From the human T2T-CHM13v2.0 reference genome, Homo sapiens, in the NCBI RefSeq assembly GCF_009914755.1, contig NC_060948.1: a DNA stretch of 64,000 bases; one strand, written 5' to 3'. Every line of letters begins with the position of its first letter. Position 1 is the first letter of the stretch. The notes under the pieces are model-generated. The model did no database searches and was not told the DNA's origin. It saw only the letters and a program-made list of their open reading frames with translations. Both the position numbers and the translations under genes were made by a program. This document shows, in pieces, positions 1 through 18,706 of the stretch.

Positions 1-1467
<1,467 letters not shown>

Positions 1468-2040
1468 AGATCCATATTTTTTAAATGAAAAAAAATTTCA
1501 AAGGTACTCTGCTTGGTACAATAATCAAATGTATAAACTGAGGAATAAAACATAACCATGAAACCTACTTATAACTGCATATGGAAAATACAGAGGATAA
1601 TTTTTTAAATAACATATTTTGAAAGCCTTAACTAGTAATTTGAAGAGCTGGCATTTGAAAGGCCAGTATGAATATACCTTCAAATCAGCAACACAGGTTC
1701 CCCATGAGAAAAAGCAAACACAGGGAAAATAAAAACACAAAGGTTCAATCTCTTCTGACCTTTGAAAGACACAGCACAGACAGTGGTCCTTAGGACGAAG
1801 AGCAGGAGACCCCTAATTCCGTCACCATGGCGATAGGGCATAAACATTGCTGGGTGAGGGCACAATCCACATTGTGAGGTCCAACTGCTGCCAGGAAGAC
1901 AGGAGTGCTTTTACATAGACCGAAAGGTCATTGAAGGCTCAGAGTTTTGTTTCAAGAACTGAATCCCAAGCCCACACGTTATTAGGCTGCGCTTCTTAAA
2001 ACAAGTTATGAGATGGGAAAAAGGGCACCCACAAACATAC
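1468..2040. repeat. HSATI segment of DYZ2
   Basis: ~570-bp mixed-composition block following each Alu and ending gagatgggaaaaagggcacccacaaacatac. Name taken from known DYZ2 architecture, not from an alignment. Confidence 0.85.
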
Positions 2041-3595
2041 GTATACATTATGTATATAATAATATACAGTATCATATATATAATATATATAACCTATGTA
2101 TAATATTGTTTTACATCCTGCATCTTATGTTATATATATTGTATAAAATATAATAATTGATAATATATAAGTTTTATAATTATACAATATGACATATAGT
2201 ATATATTATAATTTATGACATATATAATATATGTTATATATCATATGTAGAATATATTATACGGTTAATATACGTATTAAATATAAATTATACATTATAT
2301 ATATTATATATAATATATCTGTTATATATAATACCCATTATGCATAATATATATATTATGTCTATGTTATATATAGTATAAAACAACATATAATAATATA
2401 TAATTGTATATATAAAATGCGACATATAATATATATTATATTTTATAACATATGTAATATATATTATATATTATATATAATACGTTGTATGTATAATACC
2501 TATATTAAATATATATTATATGACTATGTTATTAATTACATGTCACATGTGTTATATATTATATATTTTACATAGAATATACCGGTTACATACAATATAT
2601 ACTATGTTACCTATAATGTGTAATTTATTACATGTAAAATAAAGAATGCAATATATTATGTATAATTTATAATATACAATATGTGGAATGTGATATATAT
2701 AACATATAATATATGATATATGATTTACAGTATATGATATATAACATACAATATATGATTCCTAATATATATGGTATACAATATATATTTTATGATATGT
2801 ATTCTATATGTTTTATATTCTGTTATATATAACTATTTGAAATTATATATAACTGTATAATATTTTATGTAAATATGTAATATAATATATATAACTATAT
2901 AATATATTATAGATAACTATATATTATGTTATATATACTTTTATAACATAATTTACATAAAATATCATAATATAATGTATATTATATTATTTCATATTAC
3001 ATAATATATATTACATATCACCCAATATAAATAACATACATAATATTATAACATAGATTATATTGTGTTATATTAAATATCATATATATCATGTATCATA
3101 TATTCTATAATATATATTACACATTATATAATATGTATGTTGTCTATTATGTGATATATATAACTATATATATAATTATATTTTTATACATATAACTAGA
3201 TAAACATGTAATTCTACATATTTTCATTTATAATATGTAGAATTATATAATCATATATAATTATTTATATTCTATAAAAAATTTTATCATTATATAAATT
3301 ATAATATATAAAAATTATAATATGTACTACAAATATATATATTATATATCATATATGATATAGTACCTTTGTTATATATCATAATACATATAAATGTGTA
3401 TTATGTTATCTATAATTATATAATTTTATATATAAGATGTATAATATGTATCATATATTATATATGTTATGTAATATATACAGTATATATAAGATGACAC
3501 AGGATAAATATTATATACTATGACATATAAAATATATCAGGTTATATGTTACATATAAGGCATAGCACATAACATGTAATATGTATCATATATAA
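2041..3595. repeat. AT-rich segment of DYZ2
   Basis: Near-identical to 4461-6013, 6879-8429, 9295-10849. Confidence 0.9.
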
Positions 3596-3887
3596 TTTTT
3601 TTTTAGACAGAATCTTGTCCTGTTGCACAGGGTGGGGTACAATGGCGCCATCTTTGCTCACTGCAACTTCTGCCTCATGGGTCCAAGCGATTGTCCTCCC
3701 TCAGCCTCCCAGGTAGCTGGGACTACACCACACTGGGACTACACCAGCTGCCACCATGCCTAGCTAATTTTTTGTATTTTTAGTAGTGACAGCGTTTCAC
3801 TGTATTGGCCAGGATGGTCTTGATCTCTTCACCTTGTGATCCCCTTGCCTTGGCCTCCAAATTTGCTGGGATTACAGGCCTGAGCCA
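3596..3887 (-). mobile_element. Alu in DYZ2 unit
   Basis: Copy of 1176-1467 at +2420. Confidence 0.95.
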
Positions 3888-4460
3888 AGATCCATATTTT
3901 TTAAATGAAAAAAAATTTCAAAGTTACTCTGCTTGGTACAATAATCAAATGTATAAACTGAGGAATAAAACATAACCATGAAACCTACTTATAACTGCAT
4001 ATGGAAAATACAGAGGATAATTTTTTAAATAACATATTTTGAAAGCCTTAACTAGTAATTTGAAGAGTTGGCATTTGAAAGGCCAGTATGAATATACCTT
4101 CAAAGCAGCAACACAGGTTCCCCATGAGAAAAAGCAAACACAGGGAAAATAAAAACACAAAGGTTCAATCACTTCTGACCTTTGAAAGACACAGCACAGA
4201 CAGTGGTCCTTAGGACGAAGAGCAGGAGACCCCTAATTCCGTCACCATGGCGATAGGGCATAGACATTGCTGGGTGAGGGCACAATCCACATTGTGAGGT
4301 CCAACTGCTGCCAGGAAGACAGGAGTGCTTTTACATAGACCGAAAGGTCATTGAAGGCTCAGAGTTTTGTTTCAAGAACTGAATCCCAAGCCCACACGTT
4401 ATTAGGCTGCGCTTCTTAAAACAAGTTATGAGATGGGAAAAAGGGCACCCACAAACATAC
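3888..4460. repeat. HSATI segment of DYZ2
   Basis: Copy of 1468-2040. Confidence 0.85.
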
Positions 4461-6305
<1,845 letters not shown>

Positions 6306-6878
6306 AGATCCATATTTTTTAAATGAAAAAAAATTTCAAAGGTACTCTGCTTGGTACAATAATCAAATGTATAAACTGAGGAATAAAACATAACCATGAA
6401 ACCTACTTATAACTGCATATGGAAAATACAGAGGATAATTTTTTAAATAACATATTTTGAAAGCCTTAACTAGTAATTTGAAGAGTTGGCATTTGAAAGG
6501 CCAGTATGAATGTACCTTCAAAGCAGCAACACAGGTTCCCCATGAGAAAAAGCAAACACAGGGAAAATAAAAACACAAAGGTTCAATCTCTTCTGACCTT
6601 TGAAAGACACAGCACAGACAGTGGTCCTTAGGACGAAGAGCAGGAGACCCCTAATTCCGTCACCATGGCGATAGGGCATAAACATTGCTGGGTGAGGGCA
6701 CAATCCACATTGTGAGGTCCAACTGCTGCCAGGAAGACAGGAGTGCTTTTACATAGACCGAAAGGTCATTGAAGGCTCAGAGTTTTGTTTCAAGAACTGA
6801 ATCCCAAGCCCACACGTTATTAGGCTGCGCTTCTTAAAACAAGTTATGAGATGGGAAAAAGGGCACCCACAAACATAC
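6306..6878. repeat. HSATI segment of DYZ2
   Basis: Copy of 1468-2040. Confidence 0.85.
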
Positions 6879-8429
6879 GTATACATTATGTATAATAATA
6901 TACAGTATCATATATATAATATATATAAACTATGTATAATATTGTTTTACATCCTGCATCTTATGTTATATATATTGTATAAAATATAATAATTGATAAT
7001 ATATAAGTTTTATATTTATACAATATGACATATAGTATATATTATAATTTATGACATTTATAATATATGTTATATATCATATATAGAATATATTATACGG
7101 TTAATATACGTATTAAATATAAATTATACATTATATATATTATATATAATATATCTGTTATATATAATACCCATTATGCATAATATATATATTATGTCTA
7201 TGTTATATATAGTATAAAACAACATATAATAATATATAATTGTATATATAAAATGCGACATATAATATATATTATATTTTATAACATACGTAATATATAT
7301 TATATATTATATATAATACGTTGTATGTATAATACCTATATTAAATATATATTATATGACTATGTTATTAATTACATGTCACATGTGTTATATATTATAT
7401 ATTTTACATAGAATATACCGGTTACATACAATATATACTATGTTACCTATAATGTATAATTTATTACATGTAAAATAAAGAATGCAATATATTATGTATA
7501 ATTTATAATATACAATATGTGGAATGTGATATATATAACATATAATATATGATATATGATATACAGTATATGATATATAACATACAATATATGATTCCTA
7601 ATATATATGGTATACAATAAATATTTTATGATATGTATTCTATATGTTTTATATTCTGTTATATATAACTATTTGAAATTATATATAACTGTATAATATT
7701 TTATGTAAATATGTAATATAATATATATAACTATATAATATATTATATATAACTATATATTATGTTATATATACTTTTATAACATAATGTACATAAAATA
7801 TCATAATATAATATATACTATATTATTTCATATTACATATTATATATTACATATCACCCAATATAACTAACATACATAATATTATAATATAGATTATATT
7901 ATGTTATATTAAATATCATATATATCATGTATCATATATTCTATAATATATATTACACATTATATAATATGTATGTTGTCTATTATGTGATATATATAAC
8001 TATATATATAATTATATTTTTATACATATAACTAGATAAACATGAAATTCTACATATTTTCATTTATAATATGTAGAATTATATAATCATATATAATTAT
8101 TTATATTCTATAAAAAATTTTATCATTATATAAATTATAATATATAAAAATTATAATATGTACTACAAATATATATATTATATATCATATATGATATAGT
8201 ACCTTTGTTATATATCATAATACATATAAATGTGTATTATGTTATCTATAATTATATAATTTCATATATAAGTTGTATAATATGCATCATATATTATATA
8301 TGTTATGTAATATATATAGTATATATAAGATGACAGGATAAATATTATATACTATGACATATAAAATATATCAGGTTATATGTTACATATAAGGCATAGC
8401 ACATAACATGTAATATATATCATATATAA
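6879..8429. repeat. AT-rich segment of DYZ2
   Basis: Copy of 2041-3595 with small indels. Confidence 0.9.
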
Positions 8430-8721
8430 TTTTTTTTTAGACAGAATCTTGTCCTGTTGCACAGGGTCGGGTACAATGGCGCCATGTTTGCTCACTGCAA
8501 CTTCTGCCTCACGGGTCCAAGCGATTGTCCTCCCTCAGCCTCCCAGGTAGCTGGGACTACACCACACTGGGACTACACCAGCTGCCACCATGCCTAGCTA
8601 ATTTTTTGTATTTTTAGTAGTGACAGCGTTTCACTGTATTGGCCAGGATGGTCTTGATCTCTTCACCTTGTGATCCCCTTGCCTTGGCCTCCAAATTTGC
8701 TGGGATTACAGGCCTGAGCCA
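8430..8721 (-). mobile_element. Alu in DYZ2 unit
   Basis: Copy of 1176-1467. Confidence 0.95.
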
Positions 8722-9294
8722 AGATCCATATTTTTTAAATGAAAAAAAATTTCAAAGGTACTCTGCTTGGTACAATAATCAAATGTATAAACTGAGGAAT
8801 AAAACATAACCATGAAACCTACTTATCACTGCATATGGAAAATACAGAGGATAATTTTTTAAATAACATATTTTGAAAGCCTTAACTAGTAATTTGAAGA
8901 GCTGGCATTTGAAAGGCCAGTATGAATATACCTTCAAATCAGCAACACAGGTTCCCCATGAGAAAAAGCAAACACAGGGAAAATAAAAACACAAAGGTTC
9001 AATCTCTTCTGACCTTTGAAAGACACAGCACAGACAGTGGTCCTTAGGACGAAGAGCAGGAGACCCCTAATTCCGTCACCATGGCGATAGGGCATAAACA
9101 TTGCTGGGTGAGGGCACAATCCACATTGTGAGGTCCAACTGCTGCCAGGAAGACAGGAGTGCTTTTACATAGACCGAAAGGTCATTGAAGGCTCAGAGTT
9201 TTGTTTCAAGAACTGAATCCCAAGCCCACACGTTATTAGGCTGCGCTTCTTAAAACAAGTTATGAGATGGGAAAAAGGGCACCCACAAACATAC
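8722..9294. repeat. HSATI segment of DYZ2
   Basis: Copy of 1468-2040. Confidence 0.85.
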
Positions 9295-10849
9295 GTATAC
9301 ATTATGTATATAATAATATACAGTATCATATATATAATATATATAACCTATGTATAATATTGTTTTACATCCTGCATCTTATGTTATATATATTGTATAA
9401 AATATAATAATTGATAATATATAAGTTTTATAATTATACAATATGACATATAGTATATATTATAATTTATGACATATATAATATATGTTATATGTCATAT
9501 ATAGAATATATTATACGGTTAATATACGTATTAAATATAAATTATACATTATATATATTATATATAATATATCTGTTATATATAATACCCATTATGCATA
9601 ATATATATATTATGTCTATGTTATATATAGTATAAAACAACATATAATAATATATAATTGTATATATAAAATGCGACATAGAATATATATTATATTTTAT
9701 AACATATGTAATATATATTATATATTATATATAATACGTTGTATGTATAATACCTATATTAAATATATATTATATGACTATGTTATTAATTACATGTCAC
9801 ATGTGTTATATATTATATATTTTACATAGAATATACCGGTTACATACAATATATACTATGTTACCTATAATGTATAATTGATTACATGTAAAATAAAGAA
9901 TGCAATATATTATGTATAATTTATAATATACCATATGTGGAATGTGATATATATAACATATAATATATGATATATGATATACAGTATATGATATATAACA
10001 TACAATATATGATTCCTAATATATATGGTATACAATATATATTTTATGATATGTATTCTATATGTTTTATATTCTGTTATATATAACTATTTGAAATTAT
10101 ATATAACTGTATAATATTTTATGTAAATATGTAATATAATATATATAACTATATAATATATTATATATAACTATATATTATGTTATATATACTTTTATAA
10201 CATAATTTACATAAAATATCATAATATAATATATATTATATTATTTCATATTACATAATATATATTACATATCACCCAATATAACTAACATACATAATAT
10301 TATAATATAGATTATATTGTGTTATATTAAATATCATATATATCATGTATCATATATTCTATAATATATATTACACATTATATAATATGTATGTTCTCTA
10401 TTATGTGATATATATAACTATATATATAATTATATTTTTATACATATAACTAGATAAGCATGTAATTCTACATATTTTCATTTATAATATGTAGAATTAT
10501 ATAATCATATATAATTATTTATATTCTATAAAAAATTTTATCATTATATAAATTATAATATATAAAAATTATAATATGTACTACAAATATATATATTATA
10601 TATCATATATGATATAGTACCTTTGTTATATATCATAATACATATAAATGTGTATTATGTTATCTATAATTATATAATTTCATATATAAGATGTATAATA
10701 TGTATCATATATTATATGTGTTATGTAATATATATAGTATATATAAGATGACACAGGATAAATATTATATACTATGACATATAAAATATATCAGGTTATA
10801 TGTTACATATAAGGCATAGCACATAACATGTAATATATATCATATATAA
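9295..10849. repeat. AT-rich segment of DYZ2
   Basis: Copy of 2041-3595. Confidence 0.9.
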
Positions 10850-11141
<292 letters not shown>

Positions 11142-11714
11142 AGATCCATATTTTTTAAATGAAAAAAAATTTCAAAGGTACTCTGCTTGGTACAATAATC
11201 AAATGTATAAACTGAGGAATAAAACATAACCATGAAACCTACTTATAACTGCATATGGAAAATACAGAGGATAATTTTTTAAATAACATATTTTGAAAGC
11301 CTTAACTAGTAATTTGAAGAGTTGGCATTTGAAAGGCCAGTATGAATATTCCTTCAGAGCAGCAACACAGGTTCCCCATGAGAAAAAGCAAACTCAGGGA
11401 AAATGAAACCACAAAGGTTCAATCTCTTCTGACCTTTGAAAGACACAGCACAGACAGTGGTCCTTAGGACGAAGAGCAGGAGACCCCTAATTCCGTCACC
11501 ATTGCGATAGGGCATAAACATTGCTGGGTGAGGGCACAATCCACATTGTGAGGTCCAACTGCTGCCAGGAAGACAGGAGTGCTTTTACATAGACCGAAAG
11601 GTCATTGAAGGCTCAGAGTTTTGTTTCAAGAACTGAATCCCAAGCCCACACGTTATTAGGCTGCGCTTCTTAAAACAAGTTATGAGATGGGAAAAAGGGC
11701 ACCCACAAACATAC
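11142..11714. repeat. HSATI segment of DYZ2
   Basis: Copy of 1468-2040. Confidence 0.85.
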
Positions 11715-12970
11715 GTATACATTATGTATATAATAATATACAGTATCATATATATAATATATATAACCTGTATATAATATTGTTTTACATCCTGCATCTT
11801 ATATTATATATATTGTGTAAAATATAATAATTGATAATATATAAGTTTTATATTTATACAATATGACATATAGTATATATTATAATTTATGACATATATA
11901 ATATATGTTATATATACTATATAGAATATATTATACGGTTAATATACGTATTAAATATAAATTATACATTATATATATTATATATAATATATCTGTTATA
12001 TATAATACCCATTATATATAATATATATATTATGTCTATGTTTTATATAGTATAAACCAACATATAATAATATATAATTGTATATATAAAATGTGACATA
12101 TAATATATATTATATTTTATGACATTTGTAACATGTATTATATATTATATATATTACGTTGTATGTATAATACCTATATTAAATATATATTATATGACGA
12201 TGTTATTAATTACATGTCACATATGTTATATATTATATATTTTACATGGAATATACCGGTTACATATAATATATACTATGTTACCTATAATGTATAATTT
12301 ATTACATGTAATATAATGAATGTCATATATTATATATAATTTATAATATACAATATGTGGAATGTGATATATATAACATATATGATATATGATATAAAGT
12401 ATATGATATATAACATACAATATATGATACGTAATATATATGGTATACAATATATATTTTATGATATGTATTCTATATGTTTTATATTCTGTTATATATA
12501 ACTATTTGAAATTATATATAACTGTATAATATTTTATGTAAATATGTAATATAATATATATAACTATATAATATATTATATATAATTATATTTTATGTTA
12601 TATATACTTTTATAACATAATTTACATAAAATATAATAATATAAAATATATTATATTATTTCATATTACATAATATATATTCAATATCACCCAATATAAG
12701 TAACATACATACTATTAAAATATAGATTATATTATGTTATATTAAATATCATATATATCATGTATCCTATATTCTATAATATATATTATGCATTATATAA
12801 TATGCATGTTGTCTATTATGTGATATATATAACTATATATATAATTGTATTATTATACATATAACTATATAAACATGTAATTCTATATATTTTCATTTAT
12901 AATATATAGAATTATATAATCATAATTATTTATATTCTATAAAAAATTATATCATTATATAAATTATAAT
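11715..12970. repeat. Truncated AT-rich segment of DYZ2 (interrupted by a deletion)
   Basis: Follows the unit to 'aaattataat' (equivalent to 876-885), then jumps to the HSATI tail. Confidence 0.88.
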
Positions 12971-13001
12971 GAGATGGGAAATAGGGCACACACAAACATA
13001 C
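12971..13001. repeat. 31-bp HSATI remnant of a deleted DYZ2 unit
   Basis: gagatgggaaatagggcacacacaaacatac is equivalent to 2010-2040, with no Alu upstream. Confidence 0.88.
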
Positions 13002-14845
<1,844 letters not shown>

Positions 14846-15418
14846 AGATCCATATTTTTTAAATGAAAAAAAATTTCAAAGGTACTCTGCTTGGTACAGT
14901 AATCAAATCTATAAACTGAGGAATAAAACATAACCGTGAAACATACTTATAACTGCATATGGAAAATACAGAGTATAATTTTTTAAAATAACATATTTTG
15001 AAAGCCTTAACTAGTAATTTGAAGGGTTTGCATTTGAAAGGCCAGTATGAATATACCTTCAAAGCAGCAACACAGGTTCCAAATGAGAACAATCAAACTC
15101 AGGGAAAATAAAACCACAAATGTTCACTCTGTTCTGACCTTTGAAAAACACAGCACAGACAGTGGCACTTAGGACCAAGAGCAGGAGATCCCTAATCCCG
15201 TCACCATGGCGATAGGGCATAAACATTGCGGGGTGAGGGCACAATGCACATTGTGAGGTCCAATTGCTGCCAGGAAGACAGGAGTGCTTTTACATAGACC
15301 GAAAGGTCATTGAAGGCTCAGATTTTCGTTTCAAAAACTGAATCCCAAGCCCACACGTTATTATGCTGCACTTCTTAAAACAAGTTATGAGAAGGGAAAT
15401 AGGGCACTCACAACATAC
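14846..15418. repeat. HSATI segment of DYZ2 (most diverged copy)
   Basis: Colinear with 1468-2040 with many substitutions (e.g. gaagggtttg, aaatgagaacaatc, tgttcactctgttc). Confidence 0.85.
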
Positions 15419-16942
15419 GTATATAGTATGTATATAATAATATACACTATCATATATATAATATATATAACCTATGTATAATATTGTTTTACATCCTGCA
15501 TCTTATATTATATATATTATATGTAATATAATAATTGATAATATATAAGTTTATATTTATACAATATGACATATAATATATATTATATTTTATGACATAT
15601 ATAATATAGATTATATATCATATATAGAATATACTATACGGTTAATATACGTATTAAATATATAATATACATTATATATATTATATCTACGTTATATATA
15701 ACATTAACTATAGATAATATATATATTATATCTAGCTTATATATAATATAAAATAACAGATAATTATATATAATTGTATATATAAAATATGACATATAAT
15801 ATATATTATATTTTATGACATATATATCATATATATTATATATTATATATAATATGTTGTATGTATAATACATATATTATATATATATTATAAGTCTAAA
15901 TTATTAATTATATGCAATATATGTTATATATTACATATTTTACATTTCATACACATGTTACATACAATATATACTATGTTACATGTTACCTAGAATTTAT
16001 TATATATAATATAATGTATGTCATATATTATATATACTTTATAGTATGCAATATGTGGAATGTGATATATATAACATGTAATATATGATATATGATATAC
16101 GATATATGATATATAATATACAATATATGATACATTTTATATATGGTATACAATATATATTTTATGATATATATCATATATGTTTTATATTATATTATAC
16201 ATAACCATTTAATTATATATAACTCTATAATATTGTAGGTAAATATATAATATAATACATATAACCATATATTATGTTATTTATAATTTTATTACGTACA
16301 TTCAATAATATATCATAATATAATATATATTATATTATATTATTTTATATTACATAATATATATTATATATCACATAGTATGTGTTACATACATAATATT
16401 TAAATATATATTATATTATGATATATTAAATATTATATATATTATGTATGCTATACTGTATAATATATATTATATATTATATATTATGCAGGGTGTCTAT
16501 TATATGATATATATTATAATATATATAATTATATTATACATATAACGATATAAATATGTAATTATATTTAACATTATTTATATTACATATAGTTATATAA
16601 TCATATATAATAATTTATATTATAAAAATAATTATATCATTATATAAATTATAGTATATATAAATTATAATATGTGATAAATAATATATATTATATATCA
16701 TATATGATATAGCATATATGTTATATATCATATTATATATCAATTTACGTTATGATATCTATAATTATATATTTTCATATATAAGATGTATAATATGAAT
16801 TATATATTATATATGTTATTAAATATATACTTTATATAAAATGACACAGGATAAATGTTATATATTATGACATATGATATATATGCGGTTATATATTATA
16901 TATGAAGCATATTACATAACATATAATATATATCATATATAA
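15419..16942. repeat. AT-rich segment of DYZ2 (edge sub-lineage)
   Basis: Colinear but strongly diverged and ~30 bp shorter. Confidence 0.85.
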
Positions 16943-17234
<292 letters not shown>

Positions 17235-17807
17235 AGATCCATATTTTTTAAATGAAAAAAAATTTCAAAGTTATTCTGCTTGGTACAATAATCAAATATA
17301 TAAACTGAGGGTTAAAACATAACCTTGGAACATATTTATAAGTGCATATGGATAATACAGAGGATAATTTTTTAAATAACATATTTTGAAAGCATTAACT
17401 GGTAATTTGAAGAGTTGGCATTTGAAAGGCCAGTATGAATATACCTTCAAAGCAGCAACACAGGTTCCCCATGAGAAAAATCAAACTTAGGGAAAATAAA
17501 ACCACAAAGGTTCAATCTTTTCTGACCTTTGAAAGACACAGCACAGACAGTGGTCCTTAGGACGAAGAGCAGGAGACCCCTAATTCCGTCACCATGGCGA
17601 TAGGGCATAAACATTGCTGGGTGAGGGCACAATCCACATTGTGAGGTCCAACTGCTGCCAGGAAGACAGGAGTGCTTTTACATAGACCCAAAGGTCATTG
17701 AAGGCTCAGTGTTTTGTTTCAAAAACTGAATCCCAAGCCCACACGTTATTATGCTGTGCTTCTTAAAAAAAGTTATGAGATGGGAAATAGGGCACCCACA
17801 ATTATAT
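17235..17807. repeat. HSATI segment of DYZ2
   Basis: Colinear with 1468-2040. Confidence 0.85.
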
Positions 17808-18706
17808 CTATACATTATGTATATAATAATATATAGAATCATATATATAATATATGTAACATATATATATAATACTGTTTTACATCCTGCAGTTATATTA
17901 TATATATTATATGTATTATAATAACTGGTAATGTATAAGTATTATATTTATACACTGTGACATATAATAATTATATTTTATGCCGTATATAATATATATT
18001 ATATATCATATACCAAATATATTATATGGTTAATATACGTATTAAATATATAATATACATTATAAATATTATATCTACGTTATATATAACATTCACTATA
18101 GTTAATATATATATTATATCTAGCTTATATATAATATAAAATAACATGTAATAATATATAACTGTATATATAAAATATGACATATAATATATATTATATT
18201 TTATGACATATATATGATATGTATTATATATTATATATAATATGTTGTAAGTATAATACATGTATTAAATATATATTATATGTCTATGTTATTAATTATA
18301 TGTAATATATGTTATATATTACATATTTGATATGGAATACACATGTTACATAGAATATATTCTATGTTACATATAACGTAGAATTTATTATGTGTAATAT
18401 AATGTATGGCATATATTATAAATTCCTTATAATATACAATATGTGGAATGTGATATATATAACTTGTAATATATGATATATGATATACAATATATGTTAT
18501 ATAACATACAATATATGATACATAATATATATGGTATAGAATATATATTTTATGTTATATATTATATATGTTTTATATTTTATTATATATAAATATTTAA
18601 AATTATATATAACTGTATAATGTTATACGTAAATATATAATATACTACATATAACCATATATTATGTTATATAAAATTTTATTACATACTTTCCATAATA
18701 TATCAT
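17808..18706. repeat. Terminal truncated AT-rich segment of DYZ2
   Basis: Edge sub-lineage segment cut ~900 bp in at 'cataatatatcat' by DYZ1. Confidence 0.88.

Noticed and set aside
2041-3595. Hairpins/cruciforms, TATA boxes and polyA signals in the AT segments
   Set aside because: Expected by chance in TA-alternating sequence; I saw no long specific inverted repeat by eye.
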